From Gammaproteobacteria bacterium (GTDB lineage: Bacteria; Pseudomonadota; Gammaproteobacteria; Steroidobacterales; Steroidobacteraceae), in NCBI GenBank assembly GCA_034667905.1, contig JAXDQK010000023.1, positions 13,467-77,466 on the forward strand: a stretch of DNA of 64,000 nt, written 5' to 3'. The notes beneath the pieces are model-generated. The model was not told where the DNA came from and made no database searches. It was given only the letters and a program-made list of their open reading frames with translations. A program made the translations under genes and the position numbers. The stretch's first letter is position 1. Each line of letters opens with the position of its first letter. Below, in pieces: positions 42,482-50,752 of this stretch.

Positions 42482-43231
42482 ATGACTGGGAAATTGCTCT
42501 TGGTGCGCCACGGCCAAAGTACTTGGAACGTCGAGAACCTATTTACGGGTTGGCACGACGTCGACTTGAGCGATCTAGGAAGCGCCGAGGCTGCTCAGGC
42601 GGGACGCGAACTGCTCGCGGCCAATCTGAAGCCGGATATTGCCTTCACGTCGGTGTTGAAAAGGGCCATCCGCACGCTCTGGATCATGCTCGACACCACC
42701 GATCGCATGTGGACCCCGATCGAAGGAAGCTGGCGCCTGAACGAGCGCCACTATGGCGCTTTGCAAGGGCTCAACAAAGCGCAAACGGTCGAGAAGCACG
42801 GGGAAGCGCAGGTAAAATTGTGGCGACGCAGCTACGATGTGCCGCCGCCGCCATTGGGTGCGGACGACCCGCGTCATCCGCGTTTCGACCCCCGCTACGC
42901 GAACGTAGATCCGACATATTTGCCGGCGGCCGAATCGCTGAAAGACACTCTGTCCCGAGTGCTTCCCTTTTGGGAATCCCGAATAGTCCCGGAACTTCGC
43001 GCCGGAAAAGACGTGCTCATCGTGGCACACGGCAATTCACTGCGCGCCTTGGTAAAGATGCTCGACATGATGTCCGAGTCCGACATCGTCGAATTCAATA
43101 TCCCGACCGGAATCCCGATGTTGTACGAACTCGACCAGCAATTGCAGCCGATCTCTCGGCGATTTCTCGGCGATCCCAATGCCGTGTCGGCGGCGCAGGA
43201 TGCGGTACGTCGGCAAACGGAGAAAAAATAG
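42482..43231 (+). CDS. gpmA: 2,3-bisphosphoglycerate-dependent phosphoglycerate mutase
   Basis: [34 protein letters not shown] catalytic His motif, [18 protein letters not shown]. 249 aa. Confidence 0.96.
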   Translation: MTGKLLLVRHGQSTWNVENLFTGWHDVDLSDLGSAEAAQAGRELLAANLKPDIAFTSVLKRAIRTLWIMLDTTDRMWTPIEGSWRLNERHYGALQGLNKAQTVEKHGEAQVKLWRRSYDVPPPPLGADDPRHPRFDPRYANVDPTYLPAAESLKDTLSRVLPFWESRIVPELRAGKDVLIVAHGNSLRALVKMLDMMSESDIVEFNIPTGIPMLYELDQQLQPISRRFLGDPNAVSAAQDAVRRQTEKK

Positions 43232-43250
43232 CGCTGCGCGCCCAAACGTC

Positions 43251-43568
43251 TTACGAATCCGCAGCGACGGTAACTTTGATCCCCGATAGCGCTTCGGTGA
43301 AATCAACCTGGCAGGATAGCCTGGAGGTGGCTGGCCGAAAATCCGGCAGCTCATTCAGCAGTTCGAGTTCGTCGCTTTGCCGTTTCGGCAGCAGAGGGAT
43401 CCATTTTTCATCGACATAAACGTGGCACGTGGCGCAGGAGCAAAGGCCTCCGCAAATCGCCGCGACGCCGTAGTCGAGCTCGCGCAGAATTTCCATGAGC
43501 TTCAAACCGGTCTTGGCTTCGATCTCGTGCTCTTTGCCGTCACGATCCACCACAGTCATTCGCGCCAT
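43251..43568 (-). CDS. 2Fe-2S ferredoxin, adrenodoxin/putidaredoxin type
   Basis: ORF trimmed to ATG 43568 (GGAGG 6 nt upstream). CGGLCSCATCHVYV plus distal SRLSCQV gives the Cx5Cx2C...C ligand set. 105 aa. Confidence 0.87.
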   Translation of the reverse strand: MARMTVVDRDGKEHEIEAKTGLKLMEILRELDYGVAAICGGLCSCATCHVYVDEKWIPLLPKRQSDELELLNELPDFRPATSRLSCQVDFTEALSGIKVTVAADS

Positions 43569-43596
43569 CAATCCTCCGCCTCGCCATGAAATCCCA

Positions 43597-44475
43597 TCAG
43601 GCCGCGTAGTGTGCCGGAAGGTGCAGGCGCGCGTCGAGTTTCGTCGCACGCTGGGAAACGCCATCCGAGGCATCGCGGCGCAGGCTTAGGTAAAGTTCAC
43701 CCCAAAGCAGGCAGACATAGTCGTAAAGCCACATGAGAAGCCTGAAGCGCACCCATTGGTTCGAGCGGGGCAGCGCTCCTAAGTACTGCCCCAGCAATTC
43801 CCGCTGCATCTCCGTCTCCAAATCATTGTTGGCGCACCAACCCGCCAGATCCCAGAGCGGATCCGACACATGCGCGTACTCCCAGTCGAGCAAGATCAGG
43901 CCCTCATCGCACCGAAGCACATTCATGGCGTGCAAATCGCTGTGGCATACCACGCCCGCGGCCCGCGGCAGCTGTTCAAGCTCGTGCAGATGCAAGCCGG
44001 CTGCCTCTGCCAGGGACGGATCGAGCCGACGTGGTGTTTCCCGCATCAGTGCCGCGCCATAGCTCTCGATCCACCATCTCGGGCCAACGGGATTGGACGG
44101 CGCGGGAATAGGCAACGCATGAACCCGGCGCAGCATTTGGGCCATGTTGCGCACATTCTCCGGCAGCGCCGCCTCCGGCGTCGACCAGACCCTACCCTTG
44201 ACCCAGCGCGAGATGATCACGCGCTCGGCATCGTGATACACCAACGGAGGGGCGAGCGATGATTCCGTGGCACGCTCGAGCAACCTTACCTCCCAGGCAA
44301 AACTCAAGCCGAATTGCCCCCGGTTTGGCGCCGCAGCCTTGAGGGTATAAGCGAGGCCTCCGCGCCGGACCCGGTAAGTCTCGCTAAAAAGACCTTGCGT
44401 CAAGGGCTCAACCTCGACACCGCCTTTTCCGGGCAGGACCGCGCGGCACAGCTCCTCGACGTCAACCAGCTGCAT
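43597..44475 (-). CDS. Phosphotransferase (APH/choline-kinase fold), thiamine kinase (ThiK)-like
   Basis: Catalytic/Brenner region VVCHSDLHAMNVLRCDEGLILLDWEYAHVSDPLWDLA (H-x-D-x-H-x-x-N ... LIDWEY as in E. coli ThiK). Overlaps the pnuC-like stop by 14 nt. Last gene of a TPP-riboswitch-led unit. Confidence 0.72.
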   Translation of the reverse strand: MQLVDVEELCRAVLPGKGGVEVEPLTQGLFSETYRVRRGGLAYTLKAAAPNRGQFGLSFAWEVRLLERATESSLAPPLVYHDAERVIISRWVKGRVWSTPEAALPENVRNMAQMLRRVHALPIPAPSNPVGPRWWIESYGAALMRETPRRLDPSLAEAAGLHLHELEQLPRAAGVVCHSDLHAMNVLRCDEGLILLDWEYAHVSDPLWDLAGWCANNDLETEMQRELLGQYLGALPRSNQWVRFRLLMWLYDYVCLLWGELYLSLRRDASDGVSQRATKLDARLHLPAHYAA

Positions 44476-45079
44476 AAGCGATAGAGGGCAAACTGCGCCG
44501 CCATTCGCGCATACCGATCACAATCAAAACGAGATAGATACTAAACAGCAGCATCGTCATGTAGAGATGGCGCGTGAAATATACACACAGGCTGAACGAG
44601 TCGATGATCAGCCACCAATACCAGTTTTCATACACCTTGCGGGCCACCAGAAAGGTCGCGAAGACACTGGACCAGGTGATGATCGAATCCAGGAAGGGCA
44701 AGGCAGCCGGCGTGAAACGCCTCAGGAAAAGGGAGCTGACCGCCGATAATGCGAGAATCGCGAGAATGCCCCGGATGTGACGCGGCAGCGGCCATCGGCT
44801 CACGGCCAGCGCGGCGCCTGCTTTGCCATGTTGCCACTGCCAGAAGCCATAGACTGCCATCGCGGCATAGAAGGCGTTCAGCGCCGACTCCATGTACAGG
44901 TGCGCCGCAAAAAGCACCCACACGTACAAGCACGAGCTCACGAAGGCGGCAACCCAGCAGCCGATGCGCTGACGGATCGCGAGAATCAAGTACACCACCG
45001 CCAGCACGGCCGCGGTGAGTTCGACCCCGCTCGTATCGTGCCAGGCACCTACGAGCCGGACCGCAAACTCGCGGATCAC
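44462..45079 (-). CDS. PnuC family vitamin transporter (PnuT-like candidate)
   Basis: 205 aa, 7-8 TM. AVYGFWQW ... VARKVYENWYWWLIIDSFSLCVYFTRHLY ... IGMREW are the PnuC-family Trp-rich signatures. Start overlaps the upstream stop. Confidence 0.85.
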   Translation of the reverse strand: MIREFAVRLVGAWHDTSGVELTAAVLAVVYLILAIRQRIGCWVAAFVSSCLYVWVLFAAHLYMESALNAFYAAMAVYGFWQWQHGKAGAALAVSRWPLPRHIRGILAILALSAVSSLFLRRFTPAALPFLDSIITWSSVFATFLVARKVYENWYWWLIIDSFSLCVYFTRHLYMTMLLFSIYLVLIVIGMREWRRSLPSIAYAAG

Positions 45080-45339
45080 GCCTTGCCTGGATCCGGCGGA
45101 GCCAATCCCGGAAGCACTTTCATGACGAACACCAATTGCGGTGCATGAGCAGCAGAACGTTCCATCTCCGCGGCCAAGGTGCGCATGACCTGGTCGAGCG
45201 GCCCCCAGATCTGGGTGGCCAGGGCATTGGTCTTGACAATGAGTCCCGCATGACCGTTGAGCCGATCGATGAAGTCCTGAATCGGTGGACGATAGTCGCC
45301 CGTCAATGGGTACATGCTGATTTCGACTGCGGCGCGCAT
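45076..45339 (-). CDS. MTH1187/YkoF family (thiamine/HMP-binding, DUF77) small protein
   Basis: 87 aa. VEISMYPLTGDYRPPIQDFIDRL ... VKTNALATQIWGPLDQVMRTL fits the ferredoxin-like YkoF/MTH1187 half-domain pattern. First ORF after the TPP riboswitch. Confidence 0.68.
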   Translation of the reverse strand: MRAAVEISMYPLTGDYRPPIQDFIDRLNGHAGLIVKTNALATQIWGPLDQVMRTLAAEMERSAAHAPQLVFVMKVLPGLAPPDPGKA

Positions 45340-45345
45340 ACGATT

Positions 45346-45450
45346 ACCTGCTCCCTACGCCGGTACTAACCGGGTCAGGTTCAACGGGTTCGCGAAAATC
45401 ATCGAGGATTCGATGCCCGCGTCTCAGGCCCTTAAGGCCACCCCAAGGTT
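45346..45450 (-). promoter_or_regulatory. TPP (THI-box) riboswitch
   Basis: Minus strand reads AACCUUGGGGUGGCCUUAAGGGCCUGAGACGCGGG...CGCGAACCCGUUGAACCUGACCCGGUUAGUACCGGCGUAGGGAGCAGGU. It contains the invariant GGGGUG, CUGAGA, ACCCnUUGAACCUGAnCnGGnUAnUnCCnGCGUAGGGA blocks. The 3' strand (GGGAGCAGGU) carries the SD 7 nt before ATG 45339. Confidence 0.88.
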
Positions 45451-45475
45451 TATTCAAGTGTAGCCTGCCGGCCCG

Positions 45476-46414
45476 ATGCGTGCAAAACTCCGCCATCGCC
45501 TCGGGAGATTTGCTTTGCGCATTTTTCAAGTGGACGCCTTTACCGCAACGCGCTTTACGGGCAATCCTGCCCTCGTCATCCTCGATGCCGACGGGCAGAA
45601 CGAGGCGACCATGTCCGCGGTCGCGCGCGAGTTCTCGCACGCCGAAACGGCTTTCGTATTCGCCGCCGACGCGCCGGACCACGACGTGCGGCTGCGCTTT
45701 TTCAACGCACGCAAGGAAGCGCCTTTCGTGGGCCACGCGACGGTGGCAGCGCATGCCGTGCTTTTCGCACTGGGACGGCGCACCGCCGGCATAAGCCGGC
45801 AACACAGCGGTACCGGAATCATCGAAGTCAGCGCCCTGATCGAACAGCGTGCGGCGGGGCCCGAGACCCTCATCGAGTTCCGCCAGGCGGTCGCGCAGCT
45901 GGATGCGCCCCTGCCTTTCAAGACGACGCTTCGGGTTGCCGAGGCGCTGAAGCTGCCTGCCACGCAACTGCATGACGTCATGCCGGCCAGAATCGCGCGC
46001 AAAGGCAGCAGCCGCCTTCTTGTGCCGATCTCGGATCACCGGCATTTGGAAAGCGTTGCACCGAATTTCGAAACCCTGATATCTCTCGGCAGCGAACTCG
46101 GCGCCGAAGGCTTTTTCCTGTTTGCCGTCAATCGCGATTCCGATGAGATCTGGACGGAATCGCGCATGTTCTGCCCTGCCTTGGGGATTCCGGAGGACCC
46201 GGTCAGCGGCAACGCACACGCCATGCTGGCCGCGTATCTGTGGGACCTAGATCAGTTCGGTAAGAAATCCACCACGTTCATCGGACGGCAGGGTTATCAG
46301 ATGAAGCGGCCGGGACAAGTCAGGGTGCGCCTCGAGATCGGCAAGGGCGAGCTGATCGCGGCGCATATCGCCGGAACCGCGGTCATCGTGAGCGAAGGCA
46401 CCTTGGCGCTCTGA
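45476..46414 (+). CDS. PhzF family isomerase-like protein
   Basis: IFQVDAFTATRFTGNPALV N-terminus, catalytic ETAF (SHAETAFVF), C-terminal GQVRVRLE...IAGTAVIVSEGTL. True start may be TTG 45515 (MRIFQVDAFT). Confidence 0.87.
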   Translation: MRAKLRHRLGRFALRIFQVDAFTATRFTGNPALVILDADGQNEATMSAVAREFSHAETAFVFAADAPDHDVRLRFFNARKEAPFVGHATVAAHAVLFALGRRTAGISRQHSGTGIIEVSALIEQRAAGPETLIEFRQAVAQLDAPLPFKTTLRVAEALKLPATQLHDVMPARIARKGSSRLLVPISDHRHLESVAPNFETLISLGSELGAEGFFLFAVNRDSDEIWTESRMFCPALGIPEDPVSGNAHAMLAAYLWDLDQFGKKSTTFIGRQGYQMKRPGQVRVRLEIGKGELIAAHIAGTAVIVSEGTLAL

Positions 46415-47022
46415 TGTGCGGCTGGCGCCGAGAGATCCAGCTTGAGCGTGGTTGCAAGCGTCTCAACCCTGGATTTGACCTCCTGCGCTGTCCTCACCGC
46501 TTCGTCCATGCTGCCGCTGGCGAAAGCCGCTTGCGCCTTCGACCAGAGCGAGGCCGTATCGTCCGCGCCCGATTTGGCCGCATCCAGATCGATGCCCACG
46601 GCAAGTTTCTGGCTGGTTTTTTTTCTCAAAAAATTGATTCGATTTTGCACCGCGGTCAAGTTTTCGGGCACGGTGCCCGCCAGCACCGTCCATTGATCGT
46701 TCAACCCCTTTAGGATTTCATCCTTTTTCGAGGCAGCGGCGGTGGCCAGCATCTGTGCCGCGGCGAGCACGGCGGGACCGCCATTCGCGACGGCAGGATA
46801 GTCTTGCTTGTCGAACGCGGCCTTCAGTTCGGCGGCCTGTCTTTGTACCTCAATAAGTTGATCGGGAATGTATTTCGCCGCCTCCCCCGATGCGGCCGTA
46901 ACGGTGGTATCGATATCGGCGAGCATCTTGCGTGCGGGTTCCTTCTGGCCGGCGCACGCCGTTATCATCACGGCCGCTATGGACAGAACTGCAAAGCGAC
47001 GTGCGCGCGCCATGGACTTCAT
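46297..47022 (-). CDS. Hypothetical lipoprotein (helical, Ala-rich)
   Basis: Signal + lipobox AAVMITAC. No family recognised. The last ~39 codons run antisense over the phzF-like 3' end (118-nt convergent overlap), so the C-terminal region is of uncertain significance. Confidence 0.55.
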   Translation of the reverse strand: MKSMARARRFAVLSIAAVMITACAGQKEPARKMLADIDTTVTAASGEAAKYIPDQLIEVQRQAAELKAAFDKQDYPAVANGGPAVLAAAQMLATAAASKKDEILKGLNDQWTVLAGTVPENLTAVQNRINFLRKKTSQKLAVGIDLDAAKSGADDTASLWSKAQAAFASGSMDEAVRTAQEVKSRVETLATTLKLDLSAPAAHQSAKVPSLTMTAVPAICAAISSPLPISRRTLTCPGRFI

Positions 47023-47058
47023 GGAAACTCCATTTAAAAAAATTGCCGGCCCCGGATT

Positions 47059-47802
47059 CTAGCCCAATTCCCGGCGAGCGCGGTCCAGCCACTCGGCTTG
47101 CGCCTTTCGGTAATGGGCAGGCCCCAGCCTGGCGCTGTCGAGCAAATCCTTCAGTACCCGTTGGGCCTCTTGTAATTTGCCGCGCCGCTTGAGCAATACC
47201 CCATAGCGCAGGCGCGCCTCGGCGCCGGGATATCCGGGAGCGAGCGCGGCGTATTCGCGCTCGGCCTCATCCAATGCGTCCTGTGCGTCGAGCGTGCGGG
47301 CATACAGCAGCTTGGCATCGGCTGACTTGAAGTCCGGGTTGTGTTGCGCCAGCAGTTCGAGCGTCGTGCGTGCCGCCGCGTAGTCACCCTTGCCGAAGAG
47401 CGCGCGTGCCAATCCGAGGAGCAATGTCGGGTCGTACTCGAAGATGCCTTTGAGGCCGCCGCTATACACATCGATGGCTTCGTCGAATTGATTGCGTTCG
47501 TAGAGTTCCTCGCCGAGCCGGCGGCGGGCATCGACGTTTCCCGATATCTCCACTTCCGCGCTGGCGCGGCGCAAGTCTCGGTTCGGATCGATCATGCGCC
47601 CAAGGCCCGCCCTAGCGCGGCGCGCCGTCCTGCCGCCGAAAAGTTCCGGGAGAATCTCCGCCACGACATAGGCGAGCGCGCCTATCCCGGGCAACAGAAA
47701 GATGGCAAAGATCCAAAGCTGGTTCCGGCCGGTCTTGATCACGTGCACGATGAGCGCCACTTGGATAAGCAGCAACAGAATAGAGACTGGAAACAACGGC
47801 AA
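47059..47802 (-). CDS. Membrane protein with PLD-nuclease N-terminal-like (PLDc_N) TM hairpin and cytoplasmic TPR domain
   Basis: LLLLIQVALIVHVIKTGRNQLWIFAIFLLPGIGALAYVVAEILPE is the PLDc_N-type double-TM motif. It is followed by TPR-like repeats (QFDEAIDVY, GDYAAARTTLELL, LDEAEREY, KLQEAQRVL). Confidence 0.68.
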   Translation of the reverse strand: MPLFPVSILLLLIQVALIVHVIKTGRNQLWIFAIFLLPGIGALAYVVAEILPELFGGRTARRARAGLGRMIDPNRDLRRASAEVEISGNVDARRRLGEELYERNQFDEAIDVYSGGLKGIFEYDPTLLLGLARALFGKGDYAAARTTLELLAQHNPDFKSADAKLLYARTLDAQDALDEAEREYAALAPGYPGAEARLRYGVLLKRRGKLQEAQRVLKDLLDSARLGPAHYRKAQAEWLDRARRELG

Positions 47803-47863
47803 CTAACTCCGGACGCGCCCATCAGGCTTGGGTTGCCTATTGTAGCGAGAAACCGCTTTCCGG

Positions 47864-48226
47864 TTAGCGTTGCGCCACGCGAATGCGCCGTTGCACGTCG
47901 CGGCACGCCGACCAGCCGATGTTCGACAGCGAATACCCCAAAATGCGCTGCGAACGAGGGTCCACGGTCACTTCCATTTCGCAGCCCTGAAATCCCGAGG
48001 GCGTCCCTTCTTTGGGCTTTTGCGGAAGAAACCACACATACACCATCTTGGTGGCAGTCTTGTCGATCTTGCGCGGCTCGCCGAAGGCTTCTTGCAGCAC
48101 GCTCACGGGCTTGCCGACATTGTCTGCGGCGATGCGCGGCACCGGCCGAACCGCATATCCGGATCCGCTGCAACCAGCCAAAACTGCGGCGGTCACAATC
48201 CAGAGCGCAATGCTGAGACGCAACAT
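47864..48226 (-). CDS. Hypothetical small lipoprotein (possibly BamE/SmpA-OmlA-like fold)
   Basis: Lipobox AAVLAGCSGS. 120 aa, two further Cys. Weak resemblance to the BamE-like pattern (VSVLQEAFGEP...VYVWF). Family not established. Confidence 0.55.
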   Translation of the reverse strand: MLRLSIALWIVTAAVLAGCSGSGYAVRPVPRIAADNVGKPVSVLQEAFGEPRKIDKTATKMVYVWFLPQKPKEGTPSGFQGCEMEVTVDPRSQRILGYSLSNIGWSACRDVQRRIRVAQR

Positions 48227-48290
48227 AATTCGACTTCCAAACCTTCAAGGACTTGCAGTCTCGCCCGCCGCACCAAAGCTTGGCCGTCAC

Positions 48291-49787
48291 TCACGTCGCA
48301 AAATGGATGTGCGCCTGCCGCTTATGTAAATGCAGTCCGTGAGTGATGCCGCGCGGCAGGTCCTCCTGGTGGTGTACGGCCGCAATCACGGTGATTCCAC
48401 GCTTCATCAAGTGTTCCAACAATCGCTTCATCAAGGCTCGCTGCAAGGGATCAAGCCCGGTCAGCGGTTCGTCCAGCAACAAGATTTGCGCATCCGCCGC
48501 CATGGCGCGTGCGATCAGGGCCCTGCGCAGCTGTCCATACGACAATTCGCGCGGGCGGCGTTGCGCTAGACTCACCAACTTGAAAAACCTAAGCCAGTGC
48601 CGCGCCGCCTTCAAGTCGCCCGGCGTGGGTGCGTTCACCAGTCCTATGCTCGAGTGGCGCCCGCTTGCGACCAGTTCCAGGATGCTGACGCCCAGCGCAT
48701 AAGTGCTTTGCAGTTCCGGAGACACGTAGCCGACCCGCTGCTTCCACTGCATGATTGGAGTTCCCGCAGGAAAGCCCGCTCGTTCGATGCACCCACCCAG
48801 CGCCGGCGACAAATCGCCGTAAAGCAATTTAAGGAAGCTGGACTTGCCCGCGCCGTTCGCACCGGATACCGCCCAATGCTCACCGCGCCGCAGCTGCCAA
48901 TTCACATCGCGCAGCACCTCTTGGTATTCGACGTATAGATCCACATGCGATAAGCGCAGCAAACACTCGCCGAATTTCTTCGCAGTCTTGGGCGTTGGCA
49001 GCCCGGAATTTAAATCCGGCTGCCGACGTTCCTCCGCGCGCGATTTGAGTTGCTCGGCGTCATCGCGCTGCAACCGTTTCAGGCTGCTTATCCGGCCTGC
49101 GGAGAGCTTGAGCAACGAGCGCGTTCCGGCCGGTAAGTCCATGGCGCGATGCGCGGTCGCCACCCAAGCCTGGCCTCGCCGACGAACTGACTCGAGCACG
49201 GCATCGATGCGCCGCCGGTAGCCGGCATCCAAACCGTTGTAGAGCTCATCCAGCAGCAGCCAGTCCGGGTCTCGTACCAGCGCGCGCGCCAGCAGCACCA
49301 GTCGCTTCTCTCCATAGGACAATGTTAAAAACTTGCGCGAAGCCAGGGCATCGAGTCCGCATGCCCGCAATTGCGACCCGACGCGTCTGGCCTGCGGCGC
49401 CGTGATCGGGGTAAGCAGCAGATCGCTGCCTTGAATGCCCGTTGCCACCACATCCCGAACACTTAAGTTCCAACCGTAGCGTTCATACTTGTCTTGTCGC
49501 TCGCCTCCGACGTAGGCGATGCGCTGCTTGGCATCAAGCAAGTCCATCGAGCGGCGTCCCAGTCTGAACGTTCGCCCGTCCTTACCGCCGGGCGCCGAGG
49601 GCCTCGTTGGCGTGGGCCAGACATCGCCGCTGATCAGTTTCAGCAACTGAGTCTTGCCGGCACCATTCTCCCCGAGCAGTGCCCAGCGTCCACCCGGCCG
49701 CAGGTGCCAAGTGATATCGCGCAATATCCATTTGTCGCCGCGCCGCACGCTGACCGCGCGCAGCGATACCGCAAGCCGAGCTGTCAT
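48291..49787 (-). CDS. ABC-type ATPase with two nucleotide-binding domains and no TM domain (ModF-like)
   Basis: ORF trimmed to ATG 49787, which overlaps the upstream TGA (ATGA). Walker A x2 (GENGAGKTQLLK, GANGAGKSSFLK), signatures LSYGEKRL / LSYGQLRR, Walker B LLLDELYNGLD / LLLDEPLTGLD. Confidence 0.85.
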   Translation of the reverse strand: MTARLAVSLRAVSVRRGDKWILRDITWHLRPGGRWALLGENGAGKTQLLKLISGDVWPTPTRPSAPGGKDGRTFRLGRRSMDLLDAKQRIAYVGGERQDKYERYGWNLSVRDVVATGIQGSDLLLTPITAPQARRVGSQLRACGLDALASRKFLTLSYGEKRLVLLARALVRDPDWLLLDELYNGLDAGYRRRIDAVLESVRRRGQAWVATAHRAMDLPAGTRSLLKLSAGRISSLKRLQRDDAEQLKSRAEERRQPDLNSGLPTPKTAKKFGECLLRLSHVDLYVEYQEVLRDVNWQLRRGEHWAVSGANGAGKSSFLKLLYGDLSPALGGCIERAGFPAGTPIMQWKQRVGYVSPELQSTYALGVSILELVASGRHSSIGLVNAPTPGDLKAARHWLRFFKLVSLAQRRPRELSYGQLRRALIARAMAADAQILLLDEPLTGLDPLQRALMKRLLEHLMKRGITVIAAVHHQEDLPRGITHGLHLHKRQAHIHFAT

Positions 49788-50632
49788 GCCTTGACACGCC
49801 AAACTCCGTCCAGCTCACTGACGCGAACCTCGCGCAGCAACTTGATCAAATGGGCCTCCAGCGTCAAGCGCGCCCATTGATGCCGGTCGGCAGAGACATC
49901 GTCATAGACCACGGGAGTCAGCGTGTTCAGATCGGCCTGGCCGAGGCTGGCCAAACTGCGCAACACCTTGTCCTCGCGCGCGAGGCGGTGCGCGCGCAGC
50001 GCCTGAAGAGCTTCTTTTCCCCGATCCATCAGGTCGCCGTGGCCCGGAGCAATTTTCTCAAAGTCGTAAGCAAATAATTTATCGATGGAGTGAAGGTAAT
50101 CCGCCATGTTGCCATCGGGGGGCAATATCACGGGCGACACCCCTTGCAGGACGTGATCGCCGGTGATCAGCAGGCGCTCTCGCGCCAGGAAGTAGCATAC
50201 GCAGTTGGATGCGTGGCCTGGCGTGTGAATCGCCACCAGTCGGCTTTCGCCCAATATCAAGCTTTCCGCGTCGGCCGGCTGGTGGTGCGGTATGAACGAA
50301 TCGTCCTGACGCCCGTCCCCAGGCGGCGGCAATCCGATGATTTGCGCCCCGGTGCGGCGCGCGAGCGTCGCCGCCAGCGGCGAGTGATCACGATGCGTAT
50401 GAGTCGCCACTATCCAACGAATGGGCCCGCCGGCGGCGCTGAGAATGGATTCTAAATGGCCCGCATCGTCTGGCCCAGGATCCACCACGGCGATCTCTTT
50501 ATCGCCGAGCAGGTAGGTGTTGGTTCCGGGACCGGTCATGAGCCCGGCATTTCCAGCCACGATGCGGCGGACACCTTGAGCGAGGAAGGTGGTTTTGCCG
50601 GGAGCGAGTTGGGGTCTGGCTTGCAACGACAA
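49784..50632 (-). CDS. MBL-fold metallo-hydrolase
   Basis: TTG start. HxHxDH motif ATHTHRDHSP, later HTPGH and GDH. C-terminal winged-helix-like tail. 282 aa. Confidence 0.87.
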   Translation of the reverse strand: MSLQARPQLAPGKTTFLAQGVRRIVAGNAGLMTGPGTNTYLLGDKEIAVVDPGPDDAGHLESILSAAGGPIRWIVATHTHRDHSPLAATLARRTGAQIIGLPPPGDGRQDDSFIPHHQPADAESLILGESRLVAIHTPGHASNCVCYFLARERLLITGDHVLQGVSPVILPPDGNMADYLHSIDKLFAYDFEKIAPGHGDLMDRGKEALQALRAHRLAREDKVLRSLASLGQADLNTLTPVVYDDVSADRHQWARLTLEAHLIKLLREVRVSELDGVWRVKA

Positions 50633-50752
50633 CTATGATACATCCGCGATCATTAAATTTTTTCTGGCCTTTGAGCGTCGGCCTCGAAGCAGGCGCGTTT
50701 TTCGGCGGATTCCGTCTGTCAGTGATGTTTGTCGCAATTTGAGATAGTTGCG

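Noticed and set aside
45344-46219. 291-aa minus-strand ORF covering most of the PhzF-like gene
   Set aside because: It is antisense to a gene with clear family motifs. The translation is Arg/Gly/Ala-rich with no motif. Long open antisense frames are expected in ~60-65% GC DNA. Its 5' part would also run through the TPP riboswitch.
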